Notes: generated by a model not told the origin, from the sequence alone. A stretch of 44,120 nucleotides of DNA from a virus (IMGVR_UViG_3300025732_000079:1-44120), one strand, 5' to 3'; counted from the first letter of the stretch, positions 33,395-43,536 are shown. Numbers and translations are program-made.

Positions 33395-36300
33395 ATGGCG
33401 GACTACGGCAAGGTAATCAAAGGCGCACTGTCTGCCGTGAAGGGCACTCAGGAGGTGTTGCCAGCCGCCCAGCGAGAGGCCAACAAGGCCAAGTTCCTGG
33501 CTGAATCTAAAGACCCTCGCCGGATGTATCACGCGACGGGGATGGACTTCAAACAGTTTCTGCCTGGCGGTCAATCGCAGGCTGTGTTTGTAACGCCCGA
33601 AGCCAAATTCGCCGAAGATTTTGCGCTCAATAATTTCACAACATCACAAGGCAGTGACAAATTCCAGGCGGGCACTCAAACAATGCCTGTCCGTGTGCAG
33701 GTCAAGAATCCATTTGATTACGAGAATCCGGCTCACATAAGGCATCTCAGGGAAATGGCCCGCAAGCGATTCCCCGGTAATCAACAGGTCATGGACGAGA
33801 TTGAGGCGATGGGCCTGTTCGAGCACAACTGGCCATCGGTGGAGCACCCAGACATCCAGCGGCTGATCAAGCAAGGGGGCTACGATTCGTTCTACTCCGC
33901 CGAGCGCGGCACAAAGAATCTGGGTATCTATGACCCGCGCAAGGTCAAGTCCGAGATCGGCAACCGTGGAACCTTCGATGTGACAAACCCCGATATCACC
34001 AAGCGCCGTGGTGGCCCTGTGCGGATGCAAGCAGGCGGGGCGTTGAATGTTCTAAAGATGCTGGCCAAGGGCGAGGACGCAGCCAGCGCGGCGCAGCGGG
34101 CAGCAGCCGGGAGGCGGGCGGCTGATGTGATCAAGGCCACGGAGCCTATGAAGATGTCCGAGGCTCTTGGCGGCATGAATGTCGAAGGCAAGGGCGTTCT
34201 AAAGGTCACGCAGTCTGACCGCACCCGAGTCGGCGGCGGCAACATCGGCGGGGCCATGTTCCCCGGCCTTCAGCAGGTTGACCCCATCTATGAGGGAGCG
34301 GTCTGGGGCGTGGGCAACAAGCCGACGGCCAGTGGGCTGATCCGCCAGTCTGACGAGAACACACTATGGTCAACCCTGTTGGGGTCGGCCGATCAACTCA
34401 AGACCAATCCGCTGGTGTTCAATAAGTTGCGCAAAGGTTTCACCGACGCAATGAAGGAGGGCAAACTCTCCGACGAACTGGCCGAAAAGATCAACAAGAA
34501 CCTGGCGCTGAAGTTTGGGGAAGGGGCGGACATCCGCGACCCCAAGATTTGGCAGAAGGCCGACACTTTCGACAAGCGTGCTTTGTTGGCCGATCTGATG
34601 ATGGGCCAGGGCGTGGCTCCTGGTAAGGGCGGTGTGGCGCTGGGCGGCGAGAAGAGCGGCAAGGGCGTGATCTTCCAGCCCACGGAGATTCTCAAGCGCG
34701 AAACCGAGCCGCTGTTGATGCATCCCGAATTTGGCGGCGATGTCCCGACCTTTTCGGTGGGGCCGCGCCTGTTTACTTTGTCCGGCGAAGTCAAACAGCG
34801 CCCAGATTTGCATCCCGGGTTTCCGATCATTTTGCAGGGCGAAGACAAGGGCTTGGTATTTAAGCCAGCGCCCGGCGAGATTGCGATGCGCGATTATTAC
34901 GACCGGTTTGTCAAGAGCAAGGGCCGTGCGCCTGGTTACTACGACTGGACGCTAGGAGAAAAGGGTATTGGCCTGCCGTCGCAATTGATCACGGACAAAT
35001 ACCTCACCCACCTCCAGAAGGCGGGTTTTGCAGAAGGAGGCAATGTGGATTCATTCAGCGCACGCCTGAAAGCAGGCCTAGAGCAGTACAAGGCCGTCGG
35101 TGGGGCGGTCAATCTATCGGATACCCGGCCTGATGTGACGGACAGCGAGGCCAGGATTGCCGCGCCGTTCTACAAGAAGGGCGGAGGGGTGCAGCGGTTT
35201 GATGGCGGCGGTTATGCCGAGCCTCTAGCGGCTCCCGATGCTCCGGTCGATCCTCTGACGCGCAAGGCGTTTGCCAATCTCATGGGCAAGGGCCGGGAGC
35301 AACTGGAAAAAGAATTCAGGATGTTGATGAGCGACCCAGCGGCCCGGGCGGACATCCTGAAGCGCATCGGCCTGCAAACCGCAGGGGGCGGGTCGGACTT
35401 GCTCAACCTGCTGGCCAGTGGGGTGGACATCGCCCAGGAGCAGATTCCGGCTTTGCGCAAGCCCGCCAGTGTGCTCGACCCTTCTGGCAAGACGCTGGGG
35501 TTCCAGCCCAAGGCGGCGCTGTCGTCTGAGGAGCCGACGCTGGGCAGTGCGCACCTGATCCGCAAGGCTCAGGAGGCTGGGCTGCTAGGCGAGAACGAGG
35601 CCCCGATTACAGAGATTCTGGGCAGCATTGCGCTTGGCGCTGGTGCGGCAAACCCGGCCAAGGTTCGGGGCGGGCTCAACACCATGACGGCGGCCTCTCG
35701 CAGGCCGTTCACGCCCGCAACGGTGACGATGGAGGCTGTGGCCCCCGACCTGGCCAAGTTCAAGCCCCGCGACTGGCAGGAGACGACCACCCGCCGGTTG
35801 ATTTCTGGTGAGGGCGCTCCGGTATCGATGTCCACGGTAGGTGGCCAGAGGACGACCAAGCGGCCCGGGCAGGGGGTGTACTTCAACGACCCGGATGATT
35901 TTGGCGTGCGCCAACTAGAGACCAACCCAATGGTGGCCGTGGATGTTCCGGCAGTTGGGTCGATGGCCAAGAATCAAGCGTTCCGCCGTGACATCTCGCA
36001 GGCAGGCAAGGAGTTGGGTCAAGAGAGCGTGGCCGCACACCGGTTCCTGCCGATGCTGTCCAACACGATGGCCGACGCCAATGCGGTGCTGATCAAGCCC
36101 AGCAAGGGAACCCTGTCCAACGAGCAGGCGATTGAGTTGGGCCGCATGCTGGGCGGCGACATGGTGGTGGCGCACAACCCCCGCTTGGGTGGTGTGGTGG
36201 TGTACCCCTTCCCATTCAAAGAGGTCAAGGGCATGCCCGGCGAATTGGTTCAGGCCACGCAGGCGGCCAAGACGATTCTTGGGGAGGGCGCAAACCTGCG

Positions 36301-36463
36301 GTACGGGCGCGTTCACCCGACCAAGGACACAACCTACATCCCGAGGGCAGACTATGCTAAGGAAGGCGCAGGAGAGCCCTCAGCCGCTTCCGTAGCGATG
36401 CGAGAGCGACTGAAAAAGGGTGAGGCGCGGCTCTTCCGCGAGCGCGAGAAATCAACGCAGTAG
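33395..36463 (+). CDS. Multi-domain protein with N-terminal ADP-ribosyltransferase-like (ART-PolyVal type) domain
   Basis: MYHAT...F...VFVTP..A..FA...PVRVQVKNPFDY...GYDSF...YDPRKVKS..GNRGTFD; ~1,022 aa between terL and portal. Confidence 0.75.
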   Translation: MADYGKVIKGALSAVKGTQEVLPAAQREANKAKFLAESKDPRRMYHATGMDFKQFLPGGQSQAVFVTPEAKFAEDFALNNFTTSQGSDKFQAGTQTMPVRVQVKNPFDYENPAHIRHLREMARKRFPGNQQVMDEIEAMGLFEHNWPSVEHPDIQRLIKQGGYDSFYSAERGTKNLGIYDPRKVKSEIGNRGTFDVTNPDITKRRGGPVRMQAGGALNVLKMLAKGEDAASAAQRAAAGRRAADVIKATEPMKMSEALGGMNVEGKGVLKVTQSDRTRVGGGNIGGAMFPGLQQVDPIYEGAVWGVGNKPTASGLIRQSDENTLWSTLLGSADQLKTNPLVFNKLRKGFTDAMKEGKLSDELAEKINKNLALKFGEGADIRDPKIWQKADTFDKRALLADLMMGQGVAPGKGGVALGGEKSGKGVIFQPTEILKRETEPLLMHPEFGGDVPTFSVGPRLFTLSGEVKQRPDLHPGFPIILQGEDKGLVFKPAPGEIAMRDYYDRFVKSKGRAPGYYDWTLGEKGIGLPSQLITDKYLTHLQKAGFAEGGNVDSFSARLKAGLEQYKAVGGAVNLSDTRPDVTDSEARIAAPFYKKGGGVQRFDGGGYAEPLAAPDAPVDPLTRKAFANLMGKGREQLEKEFRMLMSDPAARADILKRIGLQTAGGGSDLLNLLASGVDIAQEQIPALRKPASVLDPSGKTLGFQPKAALSSEEPTLGSAHLIRKAQEAGLLGENEAPITEILGSIALGAGAANPAKVRGGLNTMTAASRRPFTPATVTMEAVAPDLAKFKPRDWQETTTRRLISGEGAPVSMSTVGGQRTTKRPGQGVYFNDPDDFGVRQLETNPMVAVDVPAVGSMAKNQAFRRDISQAGKELGQESVAAHRFLPMLSNTMADANAVLIKPSKGTLSNEQAIELGRMLGGDMVVAHNPRLGGVVVYPFPFKEVKGMPGELVQATQAAKTILGEGANLRYGRVHPTKDTTYIPRADYAKEGAGEPSAASVAMRERLKKGEARLFREREKSTQ

Positions 36464-36644
36464 CCTCAAGCCACGCATCATGTTCAAGCGTCCAATCCCG
36501 GTTCTTCTTGTTGACAAAGTTCAGCGCGTCAGCCCGAGAGCAAAACTCGGCGACGCGATAGGGCCGGTCGGTGCGGACGAACAACACCTCCCAGCCGTCC
36601 TGAAACGGCTCAACCACATAGGGGTATTGGAGCGTGACATTCAT
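36357..36644 (-). CDS. Small antisense-oriented hypothetical protein
   Basis: 95 aa filling the gap before portal; own promoter immediately upstream. Confidence 0.6.
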   Translation of the reverse strand: MNVTLQYPYVVEPFQDGWEVLFVRTDRPYRVAEFCSRADALNFVNKKNRDWTLEHDAWLEATALISRARGRAAPHPFSVALASLRKRLRALLRLP

Positions 36645-36650
36645 GCTTCG

Positions 36651-36680
36651 ATGTTACACCCGGCATTAAACAATTGTCAA
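36651..36680 (-). promoter_or_regulatory. Minus-strand sigma70 promoter (probably leaderless)
   Basis: TTGACA-18-TAACAT with ATG starting 7 nt after the -10 box. Confidence 0.6.
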
Positions 36681-36690
36681 GGGGCGGCAC

Positions 36691-39174
36691 ATGGCCACTG
36701 AGTTTCCAACAGACCCTGAGTTCGGTCGATTCATTGACGGCATCACGCAGATGCCTGATGGGGGCGCTATGGTGGATATGCCCCCGGACGATATGGACAT
36801 CGTCGAGCAGCCCGACGGGGGCGCTTTGGTGACCATCGGCGGTCAAGACGAAGAGGGCGAGAGCGACTTCTACGAGAACCTAGCCGAGAAGATCAGCAAC
36901 ATCGAGTTGTCCAGTATCGCGATGCGCTACCTGGAGTTGATCGACAAGGACAAGGAAGCGCGTAAGGATCGGGACAAGAAGTACGAAGAGGGCTTGAAGC
37001 GCACCGGCATGGGCAACGACGCACCTGGTGGCGCTCAGTTCCAGGGGGCTTCCAAGGTTGTCCACCCGATCATGGCCGAGGCCTGTGTGGACTTCGCGTC
37101 CCGGGCCATGAAGGAGTTGTTCCCGCCTGATGGGCCCACGCGCACGAGGATTGTGGGCGAGATCAACGCCGAAAAGGAAGAGCGGGCCAAGCGCAAGCGC
37201 GATTGGATGAACTGGCAGTTGACGGAGCAGATCGAAGAGTTCCGCGACGAGCAAGAGCAGTTGCTTACCCAGTTGCCGTTGGGGGGTTCGCAGTACCTCA
37301 AACTCTGGTACGACGAGGACAAAAAGCGCCCCTGTGCTGAGTTCATCCCCATCGACAACATGATCCTGCCGTTTGCGGCGACGAACTTCTACACCGCACA
37401 GCGCGCAGCCGAGCAGCAAGACATCACCGAGTGGGAGTTTTCCCGCCGGGTAGAGGCCGGGCTGTATCGGGACATCCGCATGATCCGGGCCACGATGGAG
37501 CCCGATCAATCCGCAGCGGAGAAGGCCAACAACAAGATCGAAGGCCGCAAGTGGCAAGACAACGAAGACGGCATGCGCCGGGTCTTTCATGTCTACACCT
37601 ACATGAACATCGAGGAGGATTCGTTCTCCAAGGGCAAGAACGCCCCGTACATCCTGATGATCGACGAAATCGATTCTGAGGTCATTGGGCTGTACCGCAA
37701 TTGGGACGAGACCGACCCCACGATGGCCAAACTGGACTGGGTCATCGAGTTCAAATTCATCCCCTGGAGAGGCGCGTATGCCATCGGGCTACCTCACCTT
37801 ATCGGAGGCCTCGCTGCGGCCTTGACGGGCGCTTTAAGGGCCTTGCTGGACACCGCTCACATCAACAACTCGGCCACGATGCTGAAGTTGAAGGGGGCCA
37901 AGATCAGTGGCCAGTCCCAGAATGTGGAGGTCACGCAGGTCACCGAGATCGAAGCCGGGCCTGGTGTGAACGACATCCGCCAGGTGGCCATGCCGATGCC
38001 GTTCAATCCCCCCAATCAAGTGCTCTACGAGTTGCTGGGGTGGTTGGATAAGGCCGCCAAGGGCGTGGTGACCACGGCAGAAGAGAAGATCGCCGACGCC
38101 ACGGCCCAAATGCCGGTGGGCACGACCCAGGCCTTGATCGAGCAGGGCGCTGCGGTGTTCTCCTCGATCCACGCACGGCTGCATGACAGCCAGCGGCGCG
38201 TGTTGCAGGTGCTGGGCCGCATCAACCGCTGGTATCTGGAAGACATGATGCGCGGCGATGAGGTCGCCGAGTTGCCCATCAGCGGTCAGGATTTCAGGAA
38301 GAACAGCGATGTCATCCCGGTATCCGACCCGCACATTTTCTCCGAGACTCAGCGCATGGCCCAGACGCAGGCCGTGCTCCAGTTGGCCACGCAAGCCAAC
38401 CAAGTCATGCCGGGTTCGTTTGACATGCGGGCGGTTTACGCTCGGATGCTCAAGCAGTTGAAGGTTCCCGATGTGCAGGAGTTGATGCCCAACACCGGCA
38501 AGCCTCAGGAACTCAACGCAGCGGACGAGAACGCCGCGATGTCGCTGGGCAAACCAGCATTTGCGTACCCTGGCCAAGACCACCTGGCGCACATTCAGGC
38601 GCACCTGAACTTTGGTCTTGACCCGATGCTGGGTGCCAGCCAGTTGATTGGGCCGAAATTTGTGCCCAACGCAATGGAGCACATCAAGCAGCACATGGTG
38701 CTTTGGTACAAGGAGCAGATGCAGGGCTATGTCACCACGGGCACCAACATCAAACTTGGGCCTTACGAGGACTCGCGCATGGCTTCGGAAATCGACAAGG
38801 CGTTTGCCCTGGCCTCAGACCATGTGAAGATGGACACGCAGGAGGTTTTTGGCGGCGTTATTCAGGCCATGCAGCAGATGGGCCAGTTCATGGCTCAGTT
38901 GCCCAAGCCGCAGCCGCCGATGGACGCAGAGGCTCAGGCCGTGTTGCAGGCCTCTTTGGCCGAGACGCAGCGCCGCGCCCAGCGCGACCAGGCAGAAATG
39001 GCCTTCAAGGCCCAACAGTTGCAGGCGGATATCGCCATGAACGCCGAGAACAACCTCACCAAGGAGAGGATGACCACGGCGGAGTTGACGGTAGACGAAG
39101 CAAGGCTGCAACGAGAGCAGGAAGAAACTGCTATCAAGTTGCAAAACACCACCCAAGCCAGACTAGGAGGCTAA
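36691..39174 (+). CDS. Portal protein
   Basis: 827 aa after terL; F.GAS.VVHP.MAEA..DF, LPLGGSQYLK.W, PVGTT.ALIEQG, DVIPVSDP.IFS; Gln-rich barrel tail. Confidence 0.9.
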   Translation: MATEFPTDPEFGRFIDGITQMPDGGAMVDMPPDDMDIVEQPDGGALVTIGGQDEEGESDFYENLAEKISNIELSSIAMRYLELIDKDKEARKDRDKKYEEGLKRTGMGNDAPGGAQFQGASKVVHPIMAEACVDFASRAMKELFPPDGPTRTRIVGEINAEKEERAKRKRDWMNWQLTEQIEEFRDEQEQLLTQLPLGGSQYLKLWYDEDKKRPCAEFIPIDNMILPFAATNFYTAQRAAEQQDITEWEFSRRVEAGLYRDIRMIRATMEPDQSAAEKANNKIEGRKWQDNEDGMRRVFHVYTYMNIEEDSFSKGKNAPYILMIDEIDSEVIGLYRNWDETDPTMAKLDWVIEFKFIPWRGAYAIGLPHLIGGLAAALTGALRALLDTAHINNSATMLKLKGAKISGQSQNVEVTQVTEIEAGPGVNDIRQVAMPMPFNPPNQVLYELLGWLDKAAKGVVTTAEEKIADATAQMPVGTTQALIEQGAAVFSSIHARLHDSQRRVLQVLGRINRWYLEDMMRGDEVAELPISGQDFRKNSDVIPVSDPHIFSETQRMAQTQAVLQLATQANQVMPGSFDMRAVYARMLKQLKVPDVQELMPNTGKPQELNAADENAAMSLGKPAFAYPGQDHLAHIQAHLNFGLDPMLGASQLIGPKFVPNAMEHIKQHMVLWYKEQMQGYVTTGTNIKLGPYEDSRMASEIDKAFALASDHVKMDTQEVFGGVIQAMQQMGQFMAQLPKPQPPMDAEAQAVLQASLAETQRRAQRDQAEMAFKAQQLQADIAMNAENNLTKERMTTAELTVDEARLQREQEETAIKLQNTTQARLGG

Positions 39175-39177
39175 ATC

Positions 39178-39354
39178 ATGTCAGTCGATCTCAAGGACGA
39201 GCAGTCCGAAGCAGTGCGTCAGCAGCATCGCAACGCCGCTGGTGCATGGATCAATGGAAGCGAATTGAAAGAGCAGTCAAAAGCGACCCAGCCGCAGGCC
39301 AATTCTGACCACGGCAATTTCACAAACAAAGGTGTAGATAAGAAGAACGCATGA
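39178..39354 (+). CDS. Hypothetical small protein (58 aa)
   Basis: AGGAGG RBS; ATGA coupling; not in ORF track. Confidence 0.7.
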   Translation: MSVDLKDEQSEAVRQQHRNAAGAWINGSELKEQSKATQPQANSDHGNFTNKGVDKKNA

Positions 39355-39536
39355 GGTACACCTCCGACTTCATCGCTGTGGTTAAGCAGCGGCAAGCCGA
39401 AATCGCCCAGAGCCTTGCGCAGGGACAGTGCATGACTTTTGAGGCGTATCAGCGGCTGGTCGGTACTTATGCGGGTCTTGTTGAAGCCCTTGAAATTCTC
39501 AACAACCTTTTAGAGGAATCTAATGAAGATGACTGA
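39351..39536 (+). CDS. Hypothetical head-module protein
   Basis: 61 aa; LAQG...FEAYQRLVG...GL. Confidence 0.75.
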   Translation: MRYTSDFIAVVKQRQAEIAQSLAQGQCMTFEAYQRLVGTYAGLVEALEILNNLLEESNEDD

Positions 39537-39960
39537 GCCGGTAGCGTTCACAGACGCTGATGTGCGGGAAGCCTTTCCTGCTGTAGACCCCGGTGCAAAA
39601 CCCCTCGGAGCCCGAGTTTTGGTGCAGTTGCGGCGCACCAAGAAGAAGGTCACGAGTGCCGGGATTGTTTTGGTCGAGGAAACTCGCGAGACGGAGAAGT
39701 GGCAGAACATGGTGGGCAAAGTTATCGAACTTGGCCCCCTTGCTTTCCGCAAGCGAGACACGATGGAGCCTTGGGTAGAGGGCACTTGGTGCGAAGTGGG
39801 TGACTACATTCGCGTTCCCAAGTGGGGTGGAGACCGCTGGGAGGTCAAGGCCCCCGGTGATGACGACACCGAAGACCCAATTCTGTTCATGGTTCTCAAC
39901 GACCACGAGGTAATCGCCAAGATTACTGGTAATCCCCTAGAAATGAAGGCATTTGTATGA
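39523..39960 (+). CDS. groES: GroES-like co-chaperonin
   Basis: PLGARVLV...TSAGIVL...GKVIELGP..VGD...LNDHEVIA. Confidence 0.85.
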   Translation: MKMTEPVAFTDADVREAFPAVDPGAKPLGARVLVQLRRTKKKVTSAGIVLVEETRETEKWQNMVGKVIELGPLAFRKRDTMEPWVEGTWCEVGDYIRVPKWGGDRWEVKAPGDDDTEDPILFMVLNDHEVIAKITGNPLEMKAFV

Positions 39961-40964
39961 GTACAGCCGCTGAAAAAGAGGAGGTAATGGTGATCCAGGA
40001 GGCTGCTGACGGCTCTGCTGTCGTGGAATTGCCTGCTGGTCTTGTTCCTCCCGACGAAAACGAAGAAAAACCGGTCAAAAACGAGTCGGAAGACTCCGAT
40101 GACGGGTCAGATGAGGCCGATGACGAGGCTCGGGAGGCAGAAATTGCCGCTGGGGGCTCTGTTAATGAGGATGCGGAGGCCCTGCGGGAGCAAAAGCGCC
40201 TCAAACGGCTGCGCCGCAAGGAGTACCACCGCCAGGTTGAGCAGGAAAAGAACCTCAAACTGGACATGCTCAGTCGCCAGAACCAGCAACTGCTGGAGCG
40301 CCTGGCCGTTTTGGAGCGAAAGAGCCACGGAAGCGACATTGCGCGGCTGGAATCCAAGATTGAGGAGCAGCAAAACCGGGTTGCGTTCGCCAAAGCGAAG
40401 ATGGCCGAGGCCACAAGCACCCAAAACGGTGAATTGCTGGCTTCTGCGCAAGAAATGTGGTTCGAGGCCCGTCGCAATGTCGAGGCGCTGGAGAATCTGC
40501 GCAAGCGGGCGACTCAGCCGCAGCGCCAGCAGCCGATTCAGCAGCAAAACCCGGCCTTGGTCAACCTGGCCAAGCAGTGGATGTCCAACAACCGCTGGTA
40601 CGACCCCAAAGGCGGCGACGAGGACTCCAAAATCGCCCTGGCCATCGACGAACAGATGGCCGCTGAGGGCTGGGACGCCACCACACCAGAATTTTGGCGA
40701 GAACTGGACAATCGCGTTGCAAGACGACTGCCCCATCGCTATACTGAAGATGCCGACGAGAAACCAAATCGCCGACCGCGAAATGTGGTGACAGGGTCGG
40801 GTCGAGAAGCAAGCCCTCCTGCTTCGAGTGGTAATCAGTTATACCTGTCAAGGGAACAGATTAACGCGATCAAGGAGGCGGGCATGTGGGACGACCCAAG
40901 GAAGCGAGCGAAGATGATTGCCAACTACGCTCAATACGCCAGGTCACAACGGAATAGTGGTTAA
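39957..40964 (+). CDS. Probable capsid scaffolding protein
   Basis: Acidic N-terminus, coiled coil, W..NN.WY; lies between portal and capsid. Confidence 0.7.
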   Translation: MSTAAEKEEVMVIQEAADGSAVVELPAGLVPPDENEEKPVKNESEDSDDGSDEADDEAREAEIAAGGSVNEDAEALREQKRLKRLRRKEYHRQVEQEKNLKLDMLSRQNQQLLERLAVLERKSHGSDIARLESKIEEQQNRVAFAKAKMAEATSTQNGELLASAQEMWFEARRNVEALENLRKRATQPQRQQPIQQQNPALVNLAKQWMSNNRWYDPKGGDEDSKIALAIDEQMAAEGWDATTPEFWRELDNRVARRLPHRYTEDADEKPNRRPRNVVTGSGREASPPASSGNQLYLSREQINAIKEAGMWDDPRKRAKMIANYAQYARSQRNSG

Positions 40965-40975
40965 GGAGATTAAAA

Positions 40976-41515
40976 ATGGATTCTCGTTTGAAGAAAAATC
41001 TTTCTGCTGGTGGGCGCGACAACCGCGCCATTCTTGATTCAAGTCGAGAGGCACCGGAGAAGCAGTTCGCGTCGTCCGAAGAGCAGATGAAAATGTGGAA
41101 GGACGAGTGGACACAAAGCGCGTTGCCATCTGTCCCGGAAATGCCGGGATGGCACCTTTGCTGGCTATCGACAACTAACAGTTACGACAGCATCGACAAG
41201 CGGATTCGGCTCGGGTATGTCCCCGTCAAGGTGGAAGAGTATTCGGGATTTGAGAATTACCGTGTCAAGTCTGGGGAACATGTTGGTTTTATCGCGTGCA
41301 ATGAGATGTTGCTGTTCAAGATACCGATGGAGCGGTATCAGCAAGTGATGGCTCATTTCCACCATGAGGCTCCGCTGGAGGAGGCGAACAAGATTCGCGT
41401 TCAGGCAGAGCAGCAAGTTGGTCGCGATAGCAGGGGCAGGCCCCTGGGTCAGATTGAAGGCGAAGGTTTGGACAACATTGACAAGCCGATCCCGATCCCC
41501 GTATTCCACGGGTAA
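40976..41515 (+). CDS. Hypothetical head-module protein
   Basis: AAGGAG RBS; PGWHLCWLST...RIRLGYVPV. Confidence 0.8.
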   Translation: MDSRLKKNLSAGGRDNRAILDSSREAPEKQFASSEEQMKMWKDEWTQSALPSVPEMPGWHLCWLSTTNSYDSIDKRIRLGYVPVKVEEYSGFENYRVKSGEHVGFIACNEMLLFKIPMERYQQVMAHFHHEAPLEEANKIRVQAEQQVGRDSRGRPLGQIEGEGLDNIDKPIPIPVFHG

Positions 41516-41542
41516 GGGTTGTTGAATAAACAAGGAGTTCAC

Positions 41543-42115
41543 ATGAGTTCTACCTCTGCTCCGTTCGGTCTGCGCCCTGCTTTCCATCCCTCTGGCTTGG
41601 ATCGGGCGACCATGATCGTTGACGGAATCACCTCGGGCTACGGCTCGGCAATCCTCAAGGGCCAACCTGTAAAACTGGACACTGCTGGCGTTATCCTGCC
41701 TGCGGCTGCTGGTGATGCATTCGTTGGCGCATTTGCTGGCGTCGAGTGGACTGACACCACTGGCCGTCGTCGCGTATCGAACAACTGGCCCGCCAGTACC
41801 GCATATGTGACCGGTTCCTGCAACGCCTACTTCTATCAAGATCCGAATATCGTTTACGAGATTCAGACTGATGGAACGCTGACCCAGGCATCGATTGGTG
41901 CGGAAGCCGACCTGTCCAACACCACGGACGGTTCGACCACCACCGGTCTGTCGCAATGCACGCTGTCTTCGACTCTGAAGGCTGCTGGCGTGCAGGGCCA
42001 AATGCAGATTCTCAACCTCGCCCCCTATGCCGACAACGCATGGGGAGATTCCTTCGTCATCGTTCGCGCCCAGATCAGCAAGTCGCAGGTCACGGCAGCG
42101 TTCACCGGCATTTAA
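41543..42115 (+). CDS. Capsid decoration-like structural protein
   Basis: AAGGAG RBS; APFGLRP...GAFAGVEWTD...DPNIVYEIQ; directly before MCP. Confidence 0.7.
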   Translation: MSSTSAPFGLRPAFHPSGLDRATMIVDGITSGYGSAILKGQPVKLDTAGVILPAAAGDAFVGAFAGVEWTDTTGRRRVSNNWPASTAYVTGSCNAYFYQDPNIVYEIQTDGTLTQASIGAEADLSNTTDGSTTTGLSQCTLSSTLKAAGVQGQMQILNLAPYADNAWGDSFVIVRAQISKSQVTAAFTGI

Positions 42116-42129
42116 GGAGGGCGTGAATC

Positions 42130-43044
42130 ATGGCAGCCCCGATGCGCAGTACCGACTTTCGGTCAATTGTTGAACCCATTCTGAACGAGTGTTTTGACGG
42201 TGTTTATGACCAGCGTCAAGACGAGTGGAGCCGTGTGTTCCGCGAACAGGATGGTATTCCCCGTAACTACCACGAAGAGCCCGTCCTGTACGGATTCGGC
42301 GCCGCTCCCCAACTGCCTGACGGAACCCCGGTTTCGTATCAGCAGGGCGGCGTGCTGTTCCTCCAGCGTTATGTGTACCAAGTCTTTGGTCTGGCTTTTG
42401 CTCTGACCAAGGTTTTGGTGGAGGACGGCGACCACATCCGTATCGGCCAGGTCTATGCCCGCCACCTTGCTCAGTCGCTGATTGAGACCAAGGAAACGCT
42501 GGCAGCCAATGTGCTGAACCGCGCTTTCAACAGCGCATACCCCGGCGGTGACGGCGTGCAGTTGAACTCCAACGCACACCCCATCGTCAACGGCACGGCG
42601 TCCAACCTGCTGACCACGGCAGCCAACCTGTCCCAGACCTCTCTGGAGCAGATGCTGATCCAAATCCGCCAGGCTGTGGACAACAACGGCAAGAAGATTC
42701 GTCTGGTGCCCCGCCAACTGGTGGTGGCTCCTGGCAACATCTTCCAAGCCGAAGTGCTGCTGAAGTCCGTGCTGCGCACTGGCAATGCGAACAACGACAT
42801 CAACCCGATCAAGTCGATTGGCTTGCTCGACGAGGGTGCCGCTGTGATCTCGCGTTTGACCTCTGCAACCGCATGGTGGGTTCAGACCGATGCACCTGAA
42901 GGCATGAAACTCCTGATGCGCCGCCGTCTCGAAAAGACGATGGAAGGCGACTTTGAAACTGACACAATGCGCTACAAGGCAACTGAGCGTTATCAAGTCG
43001 GTTTCACTGACTGGCGTGCCATGTACGGCACCCCCGGCGTCTAA
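42130..43044 (+). CDS. Major capsid protein (Mu gpT-like)
   Basis: AAGGAGG RBS; GFG.AP...G, KE..AANVLNRAF, GGDGV.L....HP, GDFET..RYKATERY..G..DWR. Confidence 0.9.
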   Translation: MAAPMRSTDFRSIVEPILNECFDGVYDQRQDEWSRVFREQDGIPRNYHEEPVLYGFGAAPQLPDGTPVSYQQGGVLFLQRYVYQVFGLAFALTKVLVEDGDHIRIGQVYARHLAQSLIETKETLAANVLNRAFNSAYPGGDGVQLNSNAHPIVNGTASNLLTTAANLSQTSLEQMLIQIRQAVDNNGKKIRLVPRQLVVAPGNIFQAEVLLKSVLRTGNANNDINPIKSIGLLDEGAAVISRLTSATAWWVQTDAPEGMKLLMRRRLEKTMEGDFETDTMRYKATERYQVGFTDWRAMYGTPGV

Positions 43045-43050
43045 GGAAAC

Positions 43051-43070
43051 AGGGGGGCTTCTGCCCCCCT
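43051..43070 (+). other. Strong intergenic hairpin after MCP
   Basis: AGGGGGGC-TTCT-GCCCCCCT without U tail. Confidence 0.6.
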
Positions 43071-43086
43071 ACTTACAGGAGGATTT

Positions 43087-43536
43087 ATGGCTCAGACCTA
43101 CATTGGTTCGACACTCAGAACCGGTTCGGGTACGCTGACCGACACCACCGACGGCGGCTTCGTCGTCGTGAGTCAGACGACAACCGTCACGACTCTGGCG
43201 TCTGGTGCAGCATCGAGTGCAACGCTGACGCTTCCTGCTTCGTCCCAGATCATCGACTTCTTTGTCGATATGGTGCAAGACGAGGCGGTTGGCGGTGGCA
43301 CTGCAACTCAAATTGCGATGACCATCGGAACTGCTGCGGCGGGTACACAGTATGTGTCCTCGACGAACATTTTCGCTGGTGGCCGCGCCGCCCTGACCTT
43401 TACCGCCGCTCAATTGGCCGCGATGGCCGACATTGGCACCAACCAATCTGTCGTCATCACGGTTGACCCCAACGGCACTATCAGCACCACCCAAGCGATT
43501 GTCCGCCTCACGGTGGTCTACGCTCAGAAAGTTTGA
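43087..43536 (+). CDS. Virion structural protein (capsid-associated)
   Basis: AGGAGG RBS; Thr/Ala-rich, LPASSQIID motif; follows MCP. Confidence 0.75.
   Translation: MAQTYIGSTLRTGSGTLTDTTDGGFVVVSQTTTVTTLASGAASSATLTLPASSQIIDFFVDMVQDEAVGGGTATQIAMTIGTAAAGTQYVSSTNIFAGGRAALTFTAAQLAAMADIGTNQSVVITVDPNGTISTTQAIVRLTVVYAQKV

Noticed and set aside
39160-39174. Portal ends in RLGG, like a ubiquitin C-terminus
   Set aside because: The GG codons are the AGGAGG RBS of the next gene; no conjugation enzymes seen
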